A stretch of 63,304 nt of DNA, counting the filler, from Octopus bimaculoides (Eukaryota): NCBI RefSeq assembly GCF_001194135.2. It is 7 parts of 7 records of this genome, joined end to end, with 100 filler letters (N's around TTAATTAATTAA, not from the genome) between each part and the next. Parts side by side here need not be neighbours in the genome. Positions count along the whole stretch, not along the records: positions 1 to 10,790 come from NC_069003.1; positions 10,891 to 25,480 come from NC_068989.1; 5 more parts are not named here. One strand, written 5' to 3'. Each line of letters begins with the position of its first letter. Positions within the stretch are counted from its first letter, which is position 1. Position numbers and translations under genes: made by a program. The notes below the pieces were generated by a model that was not told where the DNA came from, did no database searches, and was given only the letters and a program-made list of their open reading frames with translations. Below are positions 1 to 14,040 of this stretch, piece by piece.

Positions 1-429
1 TCTTGTATCATACGACATTTTCTGCCGTCTCTTTCAAATTCCCCGCCACCATCACAAACACTTCCTCCACCACCACCACCACCACCACTTCATCAAACAA
101 CAACACGGTAGAATACGGATCAGAAACAAAAAAAATAATGAAAAAAAAACACTTTTGTTTGTTCGTTTTTTTTTTTCTGTTGTTCTTTTTTGTTTTTTTT
201 GAGTGTGACTCACAGAATAAAATACAGTTAACTGTTTTTGGACACAGACATATTAATTTCAGAATGTGTTCTAGATAATTTTGGTGGAAAAAAAAATTTT
301 GAAACAACAGCAACAATTATAAGAAACATTAAAAAAAAAAACACCAAAGGACTAATGAAAAAAGATTAAAAACACAAAGAATTACCAAGCTTTTTAATGT
401 TCTAATTACATCCAAAGAAAAGCAGGTGG

Positions 430-512
430 AAAAAAGTTTTTGATGAAAAATAATATATATATATATATATAGATAGAGATATATAGATATATGTATATAT
501 ATATATATCTTG

Positions 513-552
<40 letters not shown>

Positions 553-562
553 NNNNNNNNNN

Positions 563-595
<33 letters not shown>

Positions 596-857
596 ACATA
601 CATATATTGATGTATATTTATACTATGTTGTATATGTATATATCAACTCGCTAATGGCATAAACACACAAACAAGACCAATTTTCACTAGTCGCGTGTAA
701 TTTTGTGTACACTACATACGCGTGCACAACTATATGCATGTATATAAATATGAACATGTATACATATATATATATACACACACATGCATGTGTGTGTATG
801 TGTGTAGGTATATGTATATACATATATACGCATATATGTATAAACATGTATATATAT

Positions 858-947
<90 letters not shown>

Positions 948-1197
948 TGTATCTATATACATATATATAATATATATAATTATGAACGATTAACTGGGAA
1001 AGACTTCTGAAGACAGGCATAAATGTATGTGTACATATATGTACGTACATATATATATATATGTATATATATATATACACATATTTATATATATAATATA
1101 TATATACACTCATTTATATATATAATATATATATACACTCATTTATATATATAATATATATACACTCATTTATATATATAATATATATATACACTCA

Positions 1198-1250
<53 letters not shown>
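430..1250. repeat. (TA)n/(TATG)n microsatellite field, including a ~29-bp minisatellite (ACACTCATTTATATATATAATATATATAT, ~4-5 copies, 1075-1205)
   Basis: Repeats visible directly; ORFs here are YI/IY artefacts. Confidence 0.95.
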
Positions 1251-1252
<2 letters not shown>

Positions 1253-1813
1253 CAGGCAATGATTGGGTTGGGGTATATCCTTCAATCGTATTGTGCAAGA
1301 AACCCGTGGAAGAGTCTTGAAGATTTTGAAAGTTTTTAAAAAAATATATTTGAAAAAAGTACAAAAAAAAATAATATAAAATGATAATATGGATGTATTT
1401 GATATATAACAATAATAATGATAATGATAATAATATTAATAATAATATAAAACATAATAAAGATAATAATATTGATGTTGATAATGATGGTGATAATATT
1501 TATAATGATTATATGGTTTTAACAATAACTATTCACAACTTGCAACTGATGTATGTCAGCCCTTTTGTTGTAACGCAAATTATATGTGGAGTAAATGTTA
1601 AACATGTAACAAAAAATGTAAAAATATCAAATTACCTCCCCCTAACGCGTATAGAAGATTTTAGCTAACAATTTGTCTTTTAGTATTACATGAGTATCGA
1701 TGTGATTTGACGTACATGCATATATATATATATATATATATATACATACATATATGTATGTACATGTATGTACATGTATATATATTCCCATATGTATAAA
1801 TGCATATATTGTT

Positions 1814-1855
<42 letters not shown>

Positions 1856-1996
1856 TATATACATGTACATAAGCATATATATATAAATTTGTGTACATAT
1901 ATAAATATATATCACGATATATTTACGTGCATATATATAATTAATTATATGTATATGTATACACAAACATATGTATATATATATATATAAAGTACA

Positions 1997-2032
<36 letters not shown>

Positions 2033-3014
2033 AAGTACATATATGTATATATATATATATATATATATGTATACAGATGAATATACATACATATAGAGAT
2101 AGGTACTTAGACGTGTACATATGTGTACATATGCATATGTGTATGTATAAGTACGTTCTGTTATTTACATATATGTATGTATGTTTGTGTGCGTGGGCGT
2201 TTGGCTATGTAGAATATAACACTGGCCACAAAGATGGCGGAAACATTTCGTTTCCCAAAGAAAAGAGTTTATTTTAAGTCCTAACAATTTATTGGACACA
2301 ACGTGATGCAAGCACGACTTTTGGCCACNNNNNNNNNNNNNNNNNNNNNNNNNNNNNNNNNNNNNNNNNNNNNNNNNNNNNNNNNNNNNNNNNNNNNNNN
2401 NNNNNNNNNNNNNNNNNNNNNNNNNNNNNNNNNNNNNNNNNNNNNNNNNNNNNNNNNNNNNNNNNNNNNNNNNNNNNNNNNNNNNNNNNNNNNNNNNNNN
2501 NNNNNNNNNNNNNNNNNNNNNNNNNNNNNNNNNNNNNNNNNNNNNNNNNNNNNNNNNNNNNNNNNNNNNNNNNNNNNNNNNNNNNNNNNNNNNNNNNNNN
2601 NNNNNNNNNNNNNNNNNNNNNNNNNNNNNNNNNNNNNNNNNNNNNNNNNNNNNNNNNNNNNNNNNNNNNNNNNNNNNNNNNNNNNNNNNNNNNNNNNNNN
2701 NNNNNNNNNNNNNNNNNNNNNNNNNNNNNNNNNNNNNNNNNNNNNNNNNNNNNNNNNNNNNNNNNNNNNNNNNNNNNNNNNNNNNNNNNNNNNNNNNNNN
2801 NNNNNNNNNNNNNNNNNNNNNNNNNNNNNNNNNNNNNNNNNNNNNNNNNNNNNNNNNNNNNNNNNNNNNNNNNNNNNNNNNNNNNNNNNNNNNNNNNNNN
2901 NNNNNNNNNNNNNNNNNNNNNNNNNNNNNNNNNNNNNNNNNNNNNNNNNNNNNNNNNNNNNNNNNNNNNNNNNNNNNNNNNNNNNNNNNNNNNNNNNNNN
3001 NNNNNNNNNNNNNN

Positions 3015-3060
<46 letters not shown>

Positions 3061-3659
3061 TACATTTCGTGTGGATTGATATGTGTATGAATACGGAAAA
3101 ACATATTTCGATTCTTCTTTCGCTACAATCATACATGTCCTGTAAATTTAATCAATTTTAAAAGTCAATCACTGTCGCAATATAATCAAAGTAACGTTAT
3201 CAAACAGCCAATTTCACACAACTTCCATCTCCTTCACTCTTCGTATTTCATACATATATATATATATATATATGGGCCTGTATATTTTTCATTGTTCCGC
3301 GCTCTGTGTATATGACTATTCTCAAATCTATTTATTCATTCTTGTATACACTGACCTATCTCTCTCATTCTCTGATTTTATAATATGTCCTCCATTGGAA
3401 CACGAGTTCACGCTATGTTTTACGTTTACTGATGAAAACAGAAAGCTGCCTATGCATTGCGAAGACATGAATAGATTGGACTCTCTAACCCAATCTTTTT
3501 TTGTTTTTTACAGGCATGCACATATGAGACCATGTGTAACCTCACACAACATCCAAACTCAATTCTTTAGCTAACATATGTACATGATGCATGGTTATAA
3601 TGAACGAGTAAATCTACGTATGAATGCATCAATGTACGCATATACGCATGAATGTTTGT

Positions 3660-3882
3660 ATGAATACATGCGTGTGTGCAGAGAGAGAGAGAGAGAGGAA
3701 GATATATAGATAGGTAGGCAGACAGGAACACAGACACATGCATATGGTGTGTCTTGGTTTGTGCATGTAATATTGACATTTATGTATATAAAGACAATTG
3801 ACTACATATACGTTAATATACATATTTATATGATTGTGTGTGTCTGCGCGCATATGTATATGCTTGTATTTACATATGTATG

Positions 3883-3924
<42 letters not shown>

Positions 3925-4172
3925 TGTATATATATGTATATGTATATATATGTATATGTATATATGTATATATATGTATATGTATATATATGTATATATA
4001 TATATATGTATATGTATATATGTATGTATATGTATATATGTATATATATGTATATGTATATATATGTATATGTATATATATGTATATATATGTGTATATA
4101 TATGTATATATATGTATATATATGTGTATATATATGTATATATATGTATATATATGTATATATATATGTATG

Positions 4173-4203
<31 letters not shown>

Positions 4204-4425
4204 ATATATACATGTATATATATATATATATAGATAGATATGTATGTATATATATATATAATGTGTATATATATATATATATAAATATATATATACATAC
4301 ATAAATGCATAGTTCGGATGAAGGTGAAAACGTGTGCGAGAGATAGTTAGACAGATAGATGAAAATATGTTCTCACACAACACACACTCTCGAATACACA
4401 TACACATATATGTATACATGTGTTC

Positions 4426-4488
<63 letters not shown>

Positions 4489-4630
4489 TTTGTTCATACT
4501 TGCCTGCATACGTACATACCTACATCCGTACAAGGTATGCATGCGTACCTACGTTTGTATACATACCTATACATATACAAACATGTATATATACATACAT
4601 AATACATATATACATACATACATATATTTT
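3660..4630. repeat. Compound (TA)n/(TATATG)n/(TG)n microsatellite
   Basis: Direct inspection. Confidence 0.95.
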
Positions 4631-5496
4631 TTTTTCAGAATTGTTATGTCTGCAACAACTATGAAACGTGACAGGAGATTGAGGAATTTTAATGCATCTG
4701 AAGACTTCAATATGCGAAGACTTCAATATGCGAAGCACACACGTTAAATTATAGTCGGGTTTTTGACAGGGAATTTTCAGTTTTTGATTGATGCAAATCT
4801 TTTTTATATCTACAACACGTCATCATTTATTGCAGCATTTCATATAGCTTGAAAAACATATACGGACATTTCAAACACACTCACTCACATGCATAAGTGA
4901 ATATATACATATGTATGTATATATTTGTATGTCTATATACATCTCGAATATATGAGCCCATATGTTTATACACACACACGCACATACATATATTATACAT
5001 GTACTATGTTAATACTCCTTTTGAGTTATATATATATATATATATATATATGGGTGTGTGTATAAGTATGAATGGAAGCACATATATGTATATGTGTATG
5101 TATATATATATATATATATGCATATATATATACATATATATATGTGTGTATAAATATAAATATGTATATATATGTGTATATATATATGTATATGCATGTG
5201 TCTGTGTGTTGATTTACACATATCAGTGTGTCTATACATACATCTACATAAAATTATGATAGATCAACACTAATTTAACAGGGCAAAGAAGACAAATGCC
5301 TGCATATAAGGATACAAAAACGTACACACACAAGCATACATATATATATATATGCATACGTGTATACACAGACCGACTCACAGACATTATTTTACACGTT
5401 TTCTGAAGTCTTGCAATTAATTGTGAGTGCATGTGTCAGAAGTCATACAAAATTTTATACATATCAAATTCGTATATTGAATATAAAACAAATACT

Positions 5497-5545
5497 CTTG
5501 ACCTCCTCAAAACACTTGACCTCCTCAAAACACTTGACCTCCTCA
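5497..5545. repeat. 18-bp tandem repeat CTTGACCTCCTCAAAACA, ~2.7 copies
   Basis: Units at 5497, 5515, 5533. Confidence 0.9.
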
Positions 5546-5797
5546 TACACACACCGCAATTATACGCATGTATATATTCAAATATATGGTAAGTGTGAAT
5601 AATTTTCGCTGCACATGCTTGTTTTTATCTAAGATGTCATTGAGCTTTTAGTCATGCATTTCCACCCATATATACACACACAAAACCACATACACAATCA
5701 CACACACATATATATATATATTTATTTATATATATACTTATGCATAACTAGAAACATACATAGGAACATACATATAGATGGATATATGTGTGTGTGC

Positions 5798-5853
<56 letters not shown>

Positions 5854-6589
5854 TATCTTTTGCTATTTCCAATCAAGGGCTGTAGCCATGCTATGATACA
5901 GACATATGCGTTGCGTGTATATATGTATATATGCGTGTGGTGTATATGTGTGTGTGCGTACACGCAGCTGTACGTTTGTTTGAATGTGTTTATATAATCA
6001 TATACATATATAAGCATATATATATTTATTATATATATATAGTTATATGTATATGTTGGCGTGCGGTTGTGCGCGAGGGTGAGAACGTGACCATGTTTGT
6101 TACAGCGACAATGTTTTGCCGAATTGTTAACGAAAGATTTGCGTAGACTTTCTTTTTTTGCCAAATTAAGTGTGATCTGATTTTGTATTTATTTTATGTC
6201 TGTGTTAAAATGTTGCTTTAACGGATTAGCATTTCTCTCCTAGCAACCTATATTATGTTGAAGTATAACTAGTCCAGTCTTGATTTCTTTCGCTGTTTGA
6301 TTTAGTTCGGTAGCTTTGTATAAATTTCTTTAGCAGAGAACATCTCAGATAAGCTGAATCGTATAAAGTAGTTTATGCTTTTGCGAGAAATACAATATAT
6401 GATTTGTGACAATATTTACATGATATCTTTTAGGAGTTTTCGAATATTATCAATCCATTAATTAATTTATTCATTTTTTTGTCTTTACTAATTTTATTAT
6501 CATGATTATTATTAATATTATTATTATTACTGTTGTTTTTATTGTTGTTGCTGTCGTCGTCATCGTTGTTGTTGTTGTTGCAAGCAGAA

Positions 6590-6760
6590 TCATTAGGGCA
6601 CTAGATGAAATGCTTCCCTATAGTTGTCCTGGCTCTTTATGTTCTGAGTTCAAACCCCGAGCTTGAGTTTACACTTCCTCCCTCCGAGTTCGATAAACCA
6701 GAGTGCCACTCAAATACCGGGGAACAATGGCTTCGAATATTCCTCTACTTTCAAAATTGT
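6590..6760 (+). mobile_element. Degenerate SINE, type A
   Basis: GTTCTGAGTTCAAAC...GAGTTCGATAAACCAGAGTGCC matches the better-preserved type A copies at 30770, 37238 and 59952. Confidence 0.55.
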
Positions 6761-7114
6761 TGGCTTTGCGCCTATATTGGAATATTATTATTATTATTAT
6801 TATCATTACTATTATTATTTACTGTGGTTTAAAGTGAAAGCACATTATATCACATGGATATGTAATTTCTGTACTGAAATTGTTGTGTGTATCTCTATGT
6901 GCTTGAATGTACGCGTGTGTAATTGCGCTTGAAGAAATTGCTTGACTTTGACCATATAAAAAGGAAATCTCTATCCATATTTCTATATTTCTACATGTTT
7001 TTGAAAATTTTAATAGAGTATTTTGTAAATTTTTAAAAAATTGTTTTGTTTTTTTCTTTTTCGTCTTTGAAAATATGATGCAAATGCGAATTCATCTGTC
7101 CTACAGAAACACAG

Positions 7115-7250
7115 TTACAGACCAATATCGCCTCGCTGACGCTTGACCAGTTTTCTTATTTTTATGAAGTTGTCGAATTCCAGTGCAGCTAAGGTTTCAA
7201 GTATTCCCCCATCGTTATGTGAGGGCGTATTTCTCTCATATTTCTTCTGT
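7115..7250 (-). CDS. Candidate terminal exon, product unknown (QKKYERNTPSHNDGGILETLAALEFDNFIKIRKLVKRQRGDIGL*)
   Basis: Acceptor ttttatcacgtcattcAG on the minus strand; only one of three frames is open; no recognised homology. Confidence 0.25.
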
Positions 7251-7523
7251 CTGAATGACGTGATAAAATATATATACGTACAGTTCAACATTAAATTAGA
7301 CAAAAATAATTTTCCAATTAAATAATTAACTAGCGAAATGCTGCACTAGATTTAACATTCATAAAAAATAAAATCTATGCAGGATCAGCGACAGGCACAT
7401 ACGGTGCAGACATACACACACGGATATATATTTGTGTATGTATGTGTAGGTACAAGTGTTTTGGTCTAGGTATGGATTGTATATAGAGGGGTACCTAATT
7501 ATAAGCTTGCATATGATATATAT

Positions 7524-7565
<42 letters not shown>

Positions 7566-7869
7566 AAATACGTTTAGTAGTTTCGGTTTTATTATTATCT
7601 TTCGTGCATTTGCTGCAAAAGTTTTAAGTGGATCTGAGTGATGCTATATAATATATGTGAAAGCAAGAAATAATAATAATAATAATAATAATGACAAAAA
7701 TTCGGGAATGTTACAATACAAAATATTTTAAATCTGCTCTACGATCTAGAAGCAAGATAGTATAAATAGATGCACTATGAATATATAGAGAGATAGATAG
7801 ATAGACGGATAGACAGACAGTCAGATAGATAGATAGATATACCAACTTATGCAAAAACAAAAGAGAAAC

Positions 7870-8103
7870 ATATCTTTGACAGAAGGACCAGGAAATAATC
7901 GAGCAAGTTCTAAAGTCACCATTATAGAGTGGATATAGAGACAAGGTAATTAACGCCCCAGCCTAAAAGAAGTGTCAAGTATGGTAGACATACGAATCTG
8001 ATAAGAAATAACAGAAGTAAAGCCGGAAAAAATTTAGAGACAAGTAAAGAGAAAATATGTTATAAACCACTGTTAAAATATAAATATCCATTGTATATAT
8101 ATC

Positions 8104-8163
<60 letters not shown>

Positions 8164-8900
8164 AAATGATAAAGTATAAAAAAGAAACAAAATACCTTGA
8201 GAAAACAGATATCGATGAAGAAGAGTTTGTTTGACAAAAATCAATAACGAATTTCCAAAATATATTGAAGAAATAAAAGAGAAAGAACACGCTATCTGGC
8301 AAGGTCCCACAGAATGGAAGGAAGTCGAAGCGAAAACTAATGCCAAATTAGATTCTTTGAGTCAAAAACAGAAACAAAACGTCCTATATTTGCTGCAAAA
8401 ACCGATGCAGGGTCACAAACAGTTTCAAAAATTACATTATAAAATAAGTACAAAAATCAAGAAGAGTCCATGCAATCAGTACAGTGAGACAGATGACCAC
8501 ATCATCTCCGGCCAGTCCTTGCCAAGTCCGAATATATACACAGACAGGATTTTAACGGCAGCTGTGCCCACTGCGCAATATGCCAACGAATGAATATGAA
8601 AACGGACAAGAAACGGCTTCAACGAGTAAGAAATAGAACAAATGATGGCGACCTCGCAACAATCAATTTATCGAAGATGACAAGGTGATCACGGCATCGA
8701 TGATGAGAAATAATAATCAAGATTGGAAGAAAAGAAAAGTACGTTCATGCTTAAAGAACAGTGCGATTCGCATCTGTCAAAGCCTTGCAAGAAAACAAAA
8801 CGAAGAAATAGGCAAAATACAAGGAACTCAAATAGAAATAAACGGGATATGAGTGATAAACGTGGAAATACAAACAGTTACAAGTGTAACATTAATTATG
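7870..8900 (+). mobile_element. Decayed 3' part of an R4/Dong-like (RLE-type) non-LTR retrotransposon, interrupted by (TA)n at ~8095-8160
   Basis: Frameshifted translations FDRRTRK..HHYRVDIE (cf. IDRKTRK..HHPKSDIE at 51.8 kb), CNQYSETDDHIISG + PVLAKSEYIHRQD (CCHC-knuckle region) and KYKELK/IEING (RLE region). Confidence 0.7.
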
Positions 8901-9029
8901 ATAATGAAGAATTAAGAAGAAAATAGAATTAAACTATTCTAATGTTCACAAGGTGACACACTATCCACATCACATACATTAATATCTATATTTCACGGTT
9001 GAATACGTCACTGACACTATCACAACCAC

Positions 9030-9094
<65 letters not shown>

Positions 9095-9759
9095 NNNNNN
9101 NNNNNNNNNNNNNNNNNNNNNNNNNNNNNNNNNNNNNNNNNNNNNNNNNNNNNNNNNNNNNNNNNNNNNNNNNNNNNNNNNNNNNNNNNNNNNNNNNNNN
9201 NNNNNNNNNNNNNNNNNNNNNNNNNNNNNNNNNNNNNNNNNNNNNNNNNNNNNNNNNNNNNNNNNNNNNNNNNNNNNNNNNNNNNNNNNNNNNNNNNNNN
9301 NNNNNNNNNNNNNNNNNNNNNNNNNNNNNNNNNNNNNNNNNNNNNNNNNNNNNNNNNNNNNNNNNNNNNNNNNNNNNNNNNNNNNNNNNNNNNNNNNNNN
9401 NNNNNNNNNNNNNNNNNNNNNNNNNNNNNNNNNNNNNNNNNNNNNNNNNNNNNNNNNNNNNNNNNNNNNNNNNNNNNNNNNNNNNNNNNNNNNNNNNNNN
9501 NNNNNNNNNNNNNNNNNNNNNNNNNNNNNNNNNNNNNNNNNNNNNNNNNNNNNNNNNNNNNNNNNNNNNNNNNNNNNNNNNNNNNNNNNNNNNNNNNNNN
9601 NNNNNNNNNNNNNNNNNNNNNNNNNNNNNNNNNNNNNNNNNNNNNNNNNNNNNNNNNNNNNNNNNNNNNNNNNNNNNNNNNNNNNNNNNNNNNNNNNNNN
9701 NNNNNNNNNNNNNAGATAAATAAATAGATAGATAGATGGAGAGCCAGATATAAATAGGC

Positions 9760-9796
<37 letters not shown>

Positions 9797-10119
9797 CACA
9801 TATATCATATATATGTATATATAGAGACAGATGTATGTATATGTACATATATCATGTATTATATATATACGTGTGTATGTGTGCGCGTGTATATATATAT
9901 ATACATACATGTACACGTATATAAGTATATATATACATATATATGTGTGAGTGTGTGTGTGTATATATATATATATATGTGTGTGTATATATATATATAT
10001 ATGTATGTATCTATATCTATTTATATATATATATATGTATGTAGGTTTGTATATATATATATATATAATATATATATATATATATACATACATACATATG
10101 GAAAATGGCAAAGTGGCAA

Positions 10120-10520
10120 CCTAAGCGATCGATCATAAAAAAAAACAATAGACAGTATAGATTTATTAATCGATCCGTTGATTCGTATAAGTTTGGTAAG
10201 ACAAGGTCATCATATCGATCGATCGAATCACGTTCATCGTAATATTCGGAGTCAATCAAGAGCGAAAGAGGTATTCGTACACAATCAGGCGGGGTCACAT
10301 AAAGCGTGAGAGATCATATGTATCACGTGATAAGTTTCGTTTTGTCGTTGTTTTTGTTGTTGATTTGAGCTTTATGTATTTTTGTATAATCGATTGTGAT
10401 TTTGTTACCAATCAAGGAACCGTATAGCGACGTCATAAACGAACACAGACCAAGTATATGGAGCGCAATATATTGATCTGTAGATCACGTGTTGCATGTA
10501 TCGGCATGTCGCTAACGATC
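10120..10520. promoter_or_regulatory. CpG-rich, promoter-like island
   Basis: Many CpGs in an AT-rich background; palindrome TATCACGTGATA (10321-10332), second CACGTG, GGCGGGG, CCAAT, TGACGTCG, repeated ATCGAT. Confidence 0.3.
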
Positions 10521-10890
10521 AGGGCAATTCTCATCACCAAATCAACAATTTTTTTCAACACACTCATATATCCACACACACGCAACACCCCCCCCCACAC
10601 ACACACATATATATATATATTTATATACTCACAAAATATGCATGTACATACATCCTATACACCCACACGTATTTAAGTATATATATATGTATCTATATAT
10701 ACATGAATATATATATATGCATATATACATATATATATATATACACATATATATATATACACATATATATATATATATATATATGTATATNNNNNNNNNN
10801 NNNNNNNNNNNNNNNNNNNNNNNNNNNNNNNNNNTTAATTAATTAANNNNNNNNNNNNNNNNNNNNNNNNNNNNNNNNNNNNNNNNNNNN

Positions 10891-10967
<77 letters not shown>

Positions 10968-11022
10968 ATGCATAATCACACACATATTCATACATATTGA
11001 TATTTTGTTTTGTTTATTGCAG

Positions 11023-11099
11023 GAATACCCTCCCACACACCGAACCAGAATTCAGGTCATCAAGGCTATGGTGCTTTACATTTGGCTAATCGAGAATAG
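11023..11099 (+). CDS. Candidate terminal coding exon (GIPSHTPNQNSGHQGYGALHLANRE*; alternative frame NTLPHTEPEFRSSRLWCFTFG*)
   Basis: Strong acceptor tattttgttttgtttattgcAG at 11021-22; followed by several kb of U-rich, 3'UTR-like sequence; no homology recognised. Confidence 0.35.
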
Positions 11100-11419
11100 A
11101 CATTGGATGTATACAGAATCAATTATCTTGTCCCATTACCTTCCTGCCCCTACCTCTCTCTCCTCCTCCTCTTCCTCTTCCTCCTCCCATCCATCCAATT
11201 AGTAAGCAGACATTTTCATCTCTCTGCCGCTATTAATTTGTTAAATACATTTCCAAATATTTATTTTTATATACACACACATATAAATCTACAAGTGCAC
11301 ACACACATTTTTTTTTTTACACCTACAGTACCAATGGTCAATACACACACACACACACCAATTTTGTTTTTAATGAAACATAAGCTAACAGAAAGCCTCA
11401 CCAACACATTTATACCCAA

Positions 11420-11463
<44 letters not shown>

Positions 11464-11774
11464 TTCAAGCATACCCCAATCCTTTAAACTATAAACATTT
11501 CTAATGGCTATAATAAACCTGTCGTTTGGGTAAGTTGTATGTAATCATTGAATGAAAGAATTTCGCCGTTAGTCAGTTCACTGGTGGAAAACAATTTGGT
11601 ATTTAAACCTACAGATGAAATTTTGTTTGTCTGTCTTTGTTATTTATTTGTTTGTTTATTCTCTCGGTCATTTAAACCTTTGTTTGAAATGTTTGGTGTT
11701 ATCACTAGCTAGTCAGTCATAGTAATCTAACTGGTTTTTTTTTTTCCCTTTTTAATGTAGTTTTGTTAAATTTA

Positions 11775-11918
11775 TTGGCGTTAGGAAGGGCATCCAGCTG
11801 TAGAAACTCTGCCAAATTAGACTGGAGCCTGGTGTTGCCATCCGGTTTCACCAGTCCTCAGTCAAATCGTCCAACCCATGCTAGCATGGAAAGCGGACGT
11901 TAAACGATGATGATGATG
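11775..11918 (+). mobile_element. SINE type C, 3' tail ending in (GAT)n
   Basis: TGGCGTTAGGAAGGGCATCCAGCTGTAGAAA...AACGATGATGATG shared with 60380-60523 and 21022-21160 (minus). Confidence 0.85.
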
Positions 11919-13509
11919 TACCCACATGTGCATATACACACATATACAGTGACACAAATATTTTAATTAATGTCATTAATCCTTTTGATATGAGTCTGCC
12001 TGACACCATCCCTAGTTCTACGGTATAAGCTTCCTGTTTCAAAGTGAGCTAATGTTCCAAACACTAGTTGAATAATGACTGTTATTTATATACTAAAGTC
12101 TTCGTTATATTTCTATATTAATTGAAATGAAAGTAGCTTAATTCAACAGAAATATGGTAACAAAAGGGTATAGCTTGCTAATGTACATTTGCAACATACT
12201 CAAATATATATACATGGAGTCTTTCTTTCTTTCTTTTTTTTTTGCAATTGGAACAGAAAGACAATAGCTTGGAGATAGATACTCTTCAGCTATTTTTCGA
12301 TGCAGTAATGGTTTTTCATTCATTCCGTTGTAATTCTTCACTCTGGCACTTTACATCCTCATAAACATTAGAAGCCTTTTTTGTTTTGTTTTACATTCAT
12401 TTTTATATATTTGAGATAAATACCTTGCTTTTCATTATGGTTTTTTTTTTTTTTCCTTGATCTTTGATCCCTTTTTGTCTTAAAAACCTCTTTTTGCGTA
12501 GTTTTTTAAGGATATGTAAAAGAAAACTTGCTGACAAGGAAACTTTGGTTTCAGTTCTCTTCAAAATAAACTTTTGAATAATTTCTTAATATGACCATTC
12601 AGTTTTGACAAGGGATGNNNNNNNNNNNNNNNNNNNNNNNNNNNNNNNNNNNNNNNNNNNNNNNNNNNNNNNNNNNNNNNNNNNNNNNNNNNNNNNNNNN
12701 NNNNNNNNNNNNNNNNNNNNNNNNNNNNNNNNNNNNNNNNNNNNNTTTTTTTTTTTTTTAATTAAAACGTCAACTGTCAGTAGGTTATCTTGACAAACAA
12801 TAAAACTTCTGAAGAGAACAAAAAAATCCTTACAGTTGTGATTTATTTAGGAACTTAATCACATTACCAGCTGTTGGCACTGTATTACTTTATATTTTAC
12901 TATTTTAATATTATTTCTTTTTGCACTGCACATGGATTTATTGGGCAAAAACAGCTTTGGCCTCTCAGATTATTTACTACTTTGTCATACTATATCATAA
13001 AATATTCCCTAGCAAACAGACTTGTATTTCCCATTTTTCATGACTTATGCTTTGTATCATACACAGTGAGGAGTGTTTTAACAAGCTTTCTGCTTTTTTA
13101 CATTTTTCTCCCCACTCCTTGGGGGGGGGTGGGGGTGTATAATCTAATGATAGTGTTTGAGTGTAGTCCTTCTTTTCATATTCACAATTATTGCCTGCAA
13201 AAATAATTCTAATTCTAAAAGGCTCATATTGGCTGCTTTCTATATCCACCCTGTTGACGTCAAGGTTAGAATGAACTCCATATCCTGACTCTTAATTTAA
13301 AAAATTACGTAATAATTACGCCATACTTTATATATATATTTTTTAATTGGGTATCTGCTTGCTTCTTCATTTTCATTATGTGGCTGAAGGATGCATGCAG
13401 CCTTTTGTGTGTTATTTCAGCCTTTTCTGATGATATGATATCAAAGAAAATTTTTATTTAGAAAGATCATTTCACATATATATATATATATGTGTGTGTG
13501 TGTCCGTGT

Positions 13510-13771
13510 ATCACATGACTGACCAGAATATATCAGATGTTGTTACACATCACTGGTCACAGTGTACTTTGCATCATTTTAGCCTTCCAATGATGCCACC
13601 CCACTGGCTAGGCAAGTGGGCCAACATTCCCTCCTGATCAAAAGGGACACCAGAGCAACATGAAATGATGTGTTTTGCTCAAGAGCACAATGTACCACCA
13701 GCCTGGGAAACAAACTCACGATCTCGCAAGCATGAGGGCAACAGCTTACCACTAGGCCACATGCCCCTTCA
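13510..13771 (-). mobile_element. tRNA-headed SINE with D/E-type head and core but a distinct tail
   Basis: Minus strand TGGCCTAGTGG (A box), decayed B box, then CTTGAGCAAAACACATCATTTCATGTTGCTC core. Confidence 0.7.
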
Positions 13772-13899
13772 TTATGGAATAAACATTTTTGGTAGTGTAC
13801 AGAATAGTATATTGATAATAATGATAAAGGTAGAATTTTCCTTAGTTTATTCATACATGCAGGTACAGAAATTCCTCAAATTTTCCAAGGAGTTTCACA

Positions 13900-14040
13900 C
13901 TGAATCTCCCTTAGAATTACGTTAAGGGTATACGTGTCTGTGGAGTGCTCAGCCACTTGCGCGTTAATTTCACGAGCAGGCTATTCCATTGATCGGATCA
14001 ACTGGAACCCTCGTCGTCAGAACCGATGGAGTGCCATGAC
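13900..14040 (+). mobile_element. SINE type E, 3' part
   Basis: GTTAAGGGTATACGTGTCTGTGGAGTGCTCAGCCACTTGC matches the reverse complement of 49861-49980. Confidence 0.75.

Noticed and set aside
3629-4542. Long ORFs rich in Y/I/H/T/V/C, and X-filled ORFs over gaps
   Set aside because: Translations of (TA)n, (CA)n and N runs.
4639-4747. Strong acceptor followed by a short frame and a 16-bp duplication (GAAGACTTCAATATGC x2)
   Set aside because: No recognisable product or donor, and the frames close quickly.
8231-8593. 120-aa ORF as a host gene
   Set aside because: It is part of a frameshifted R4/Dong-like LINE remnant.
10835-10846. TTAATTAATTAA recurring six times (10835, 25525, 40352, 51624, 55095, 59835)
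   Set aside because: Each copy is centred in exactly 44 N + 12 + 44 N = 100 bp and has stops in all six frames. It is an artificial scaffolding spacer, not biology, and adjacency across these joins is uncertain.
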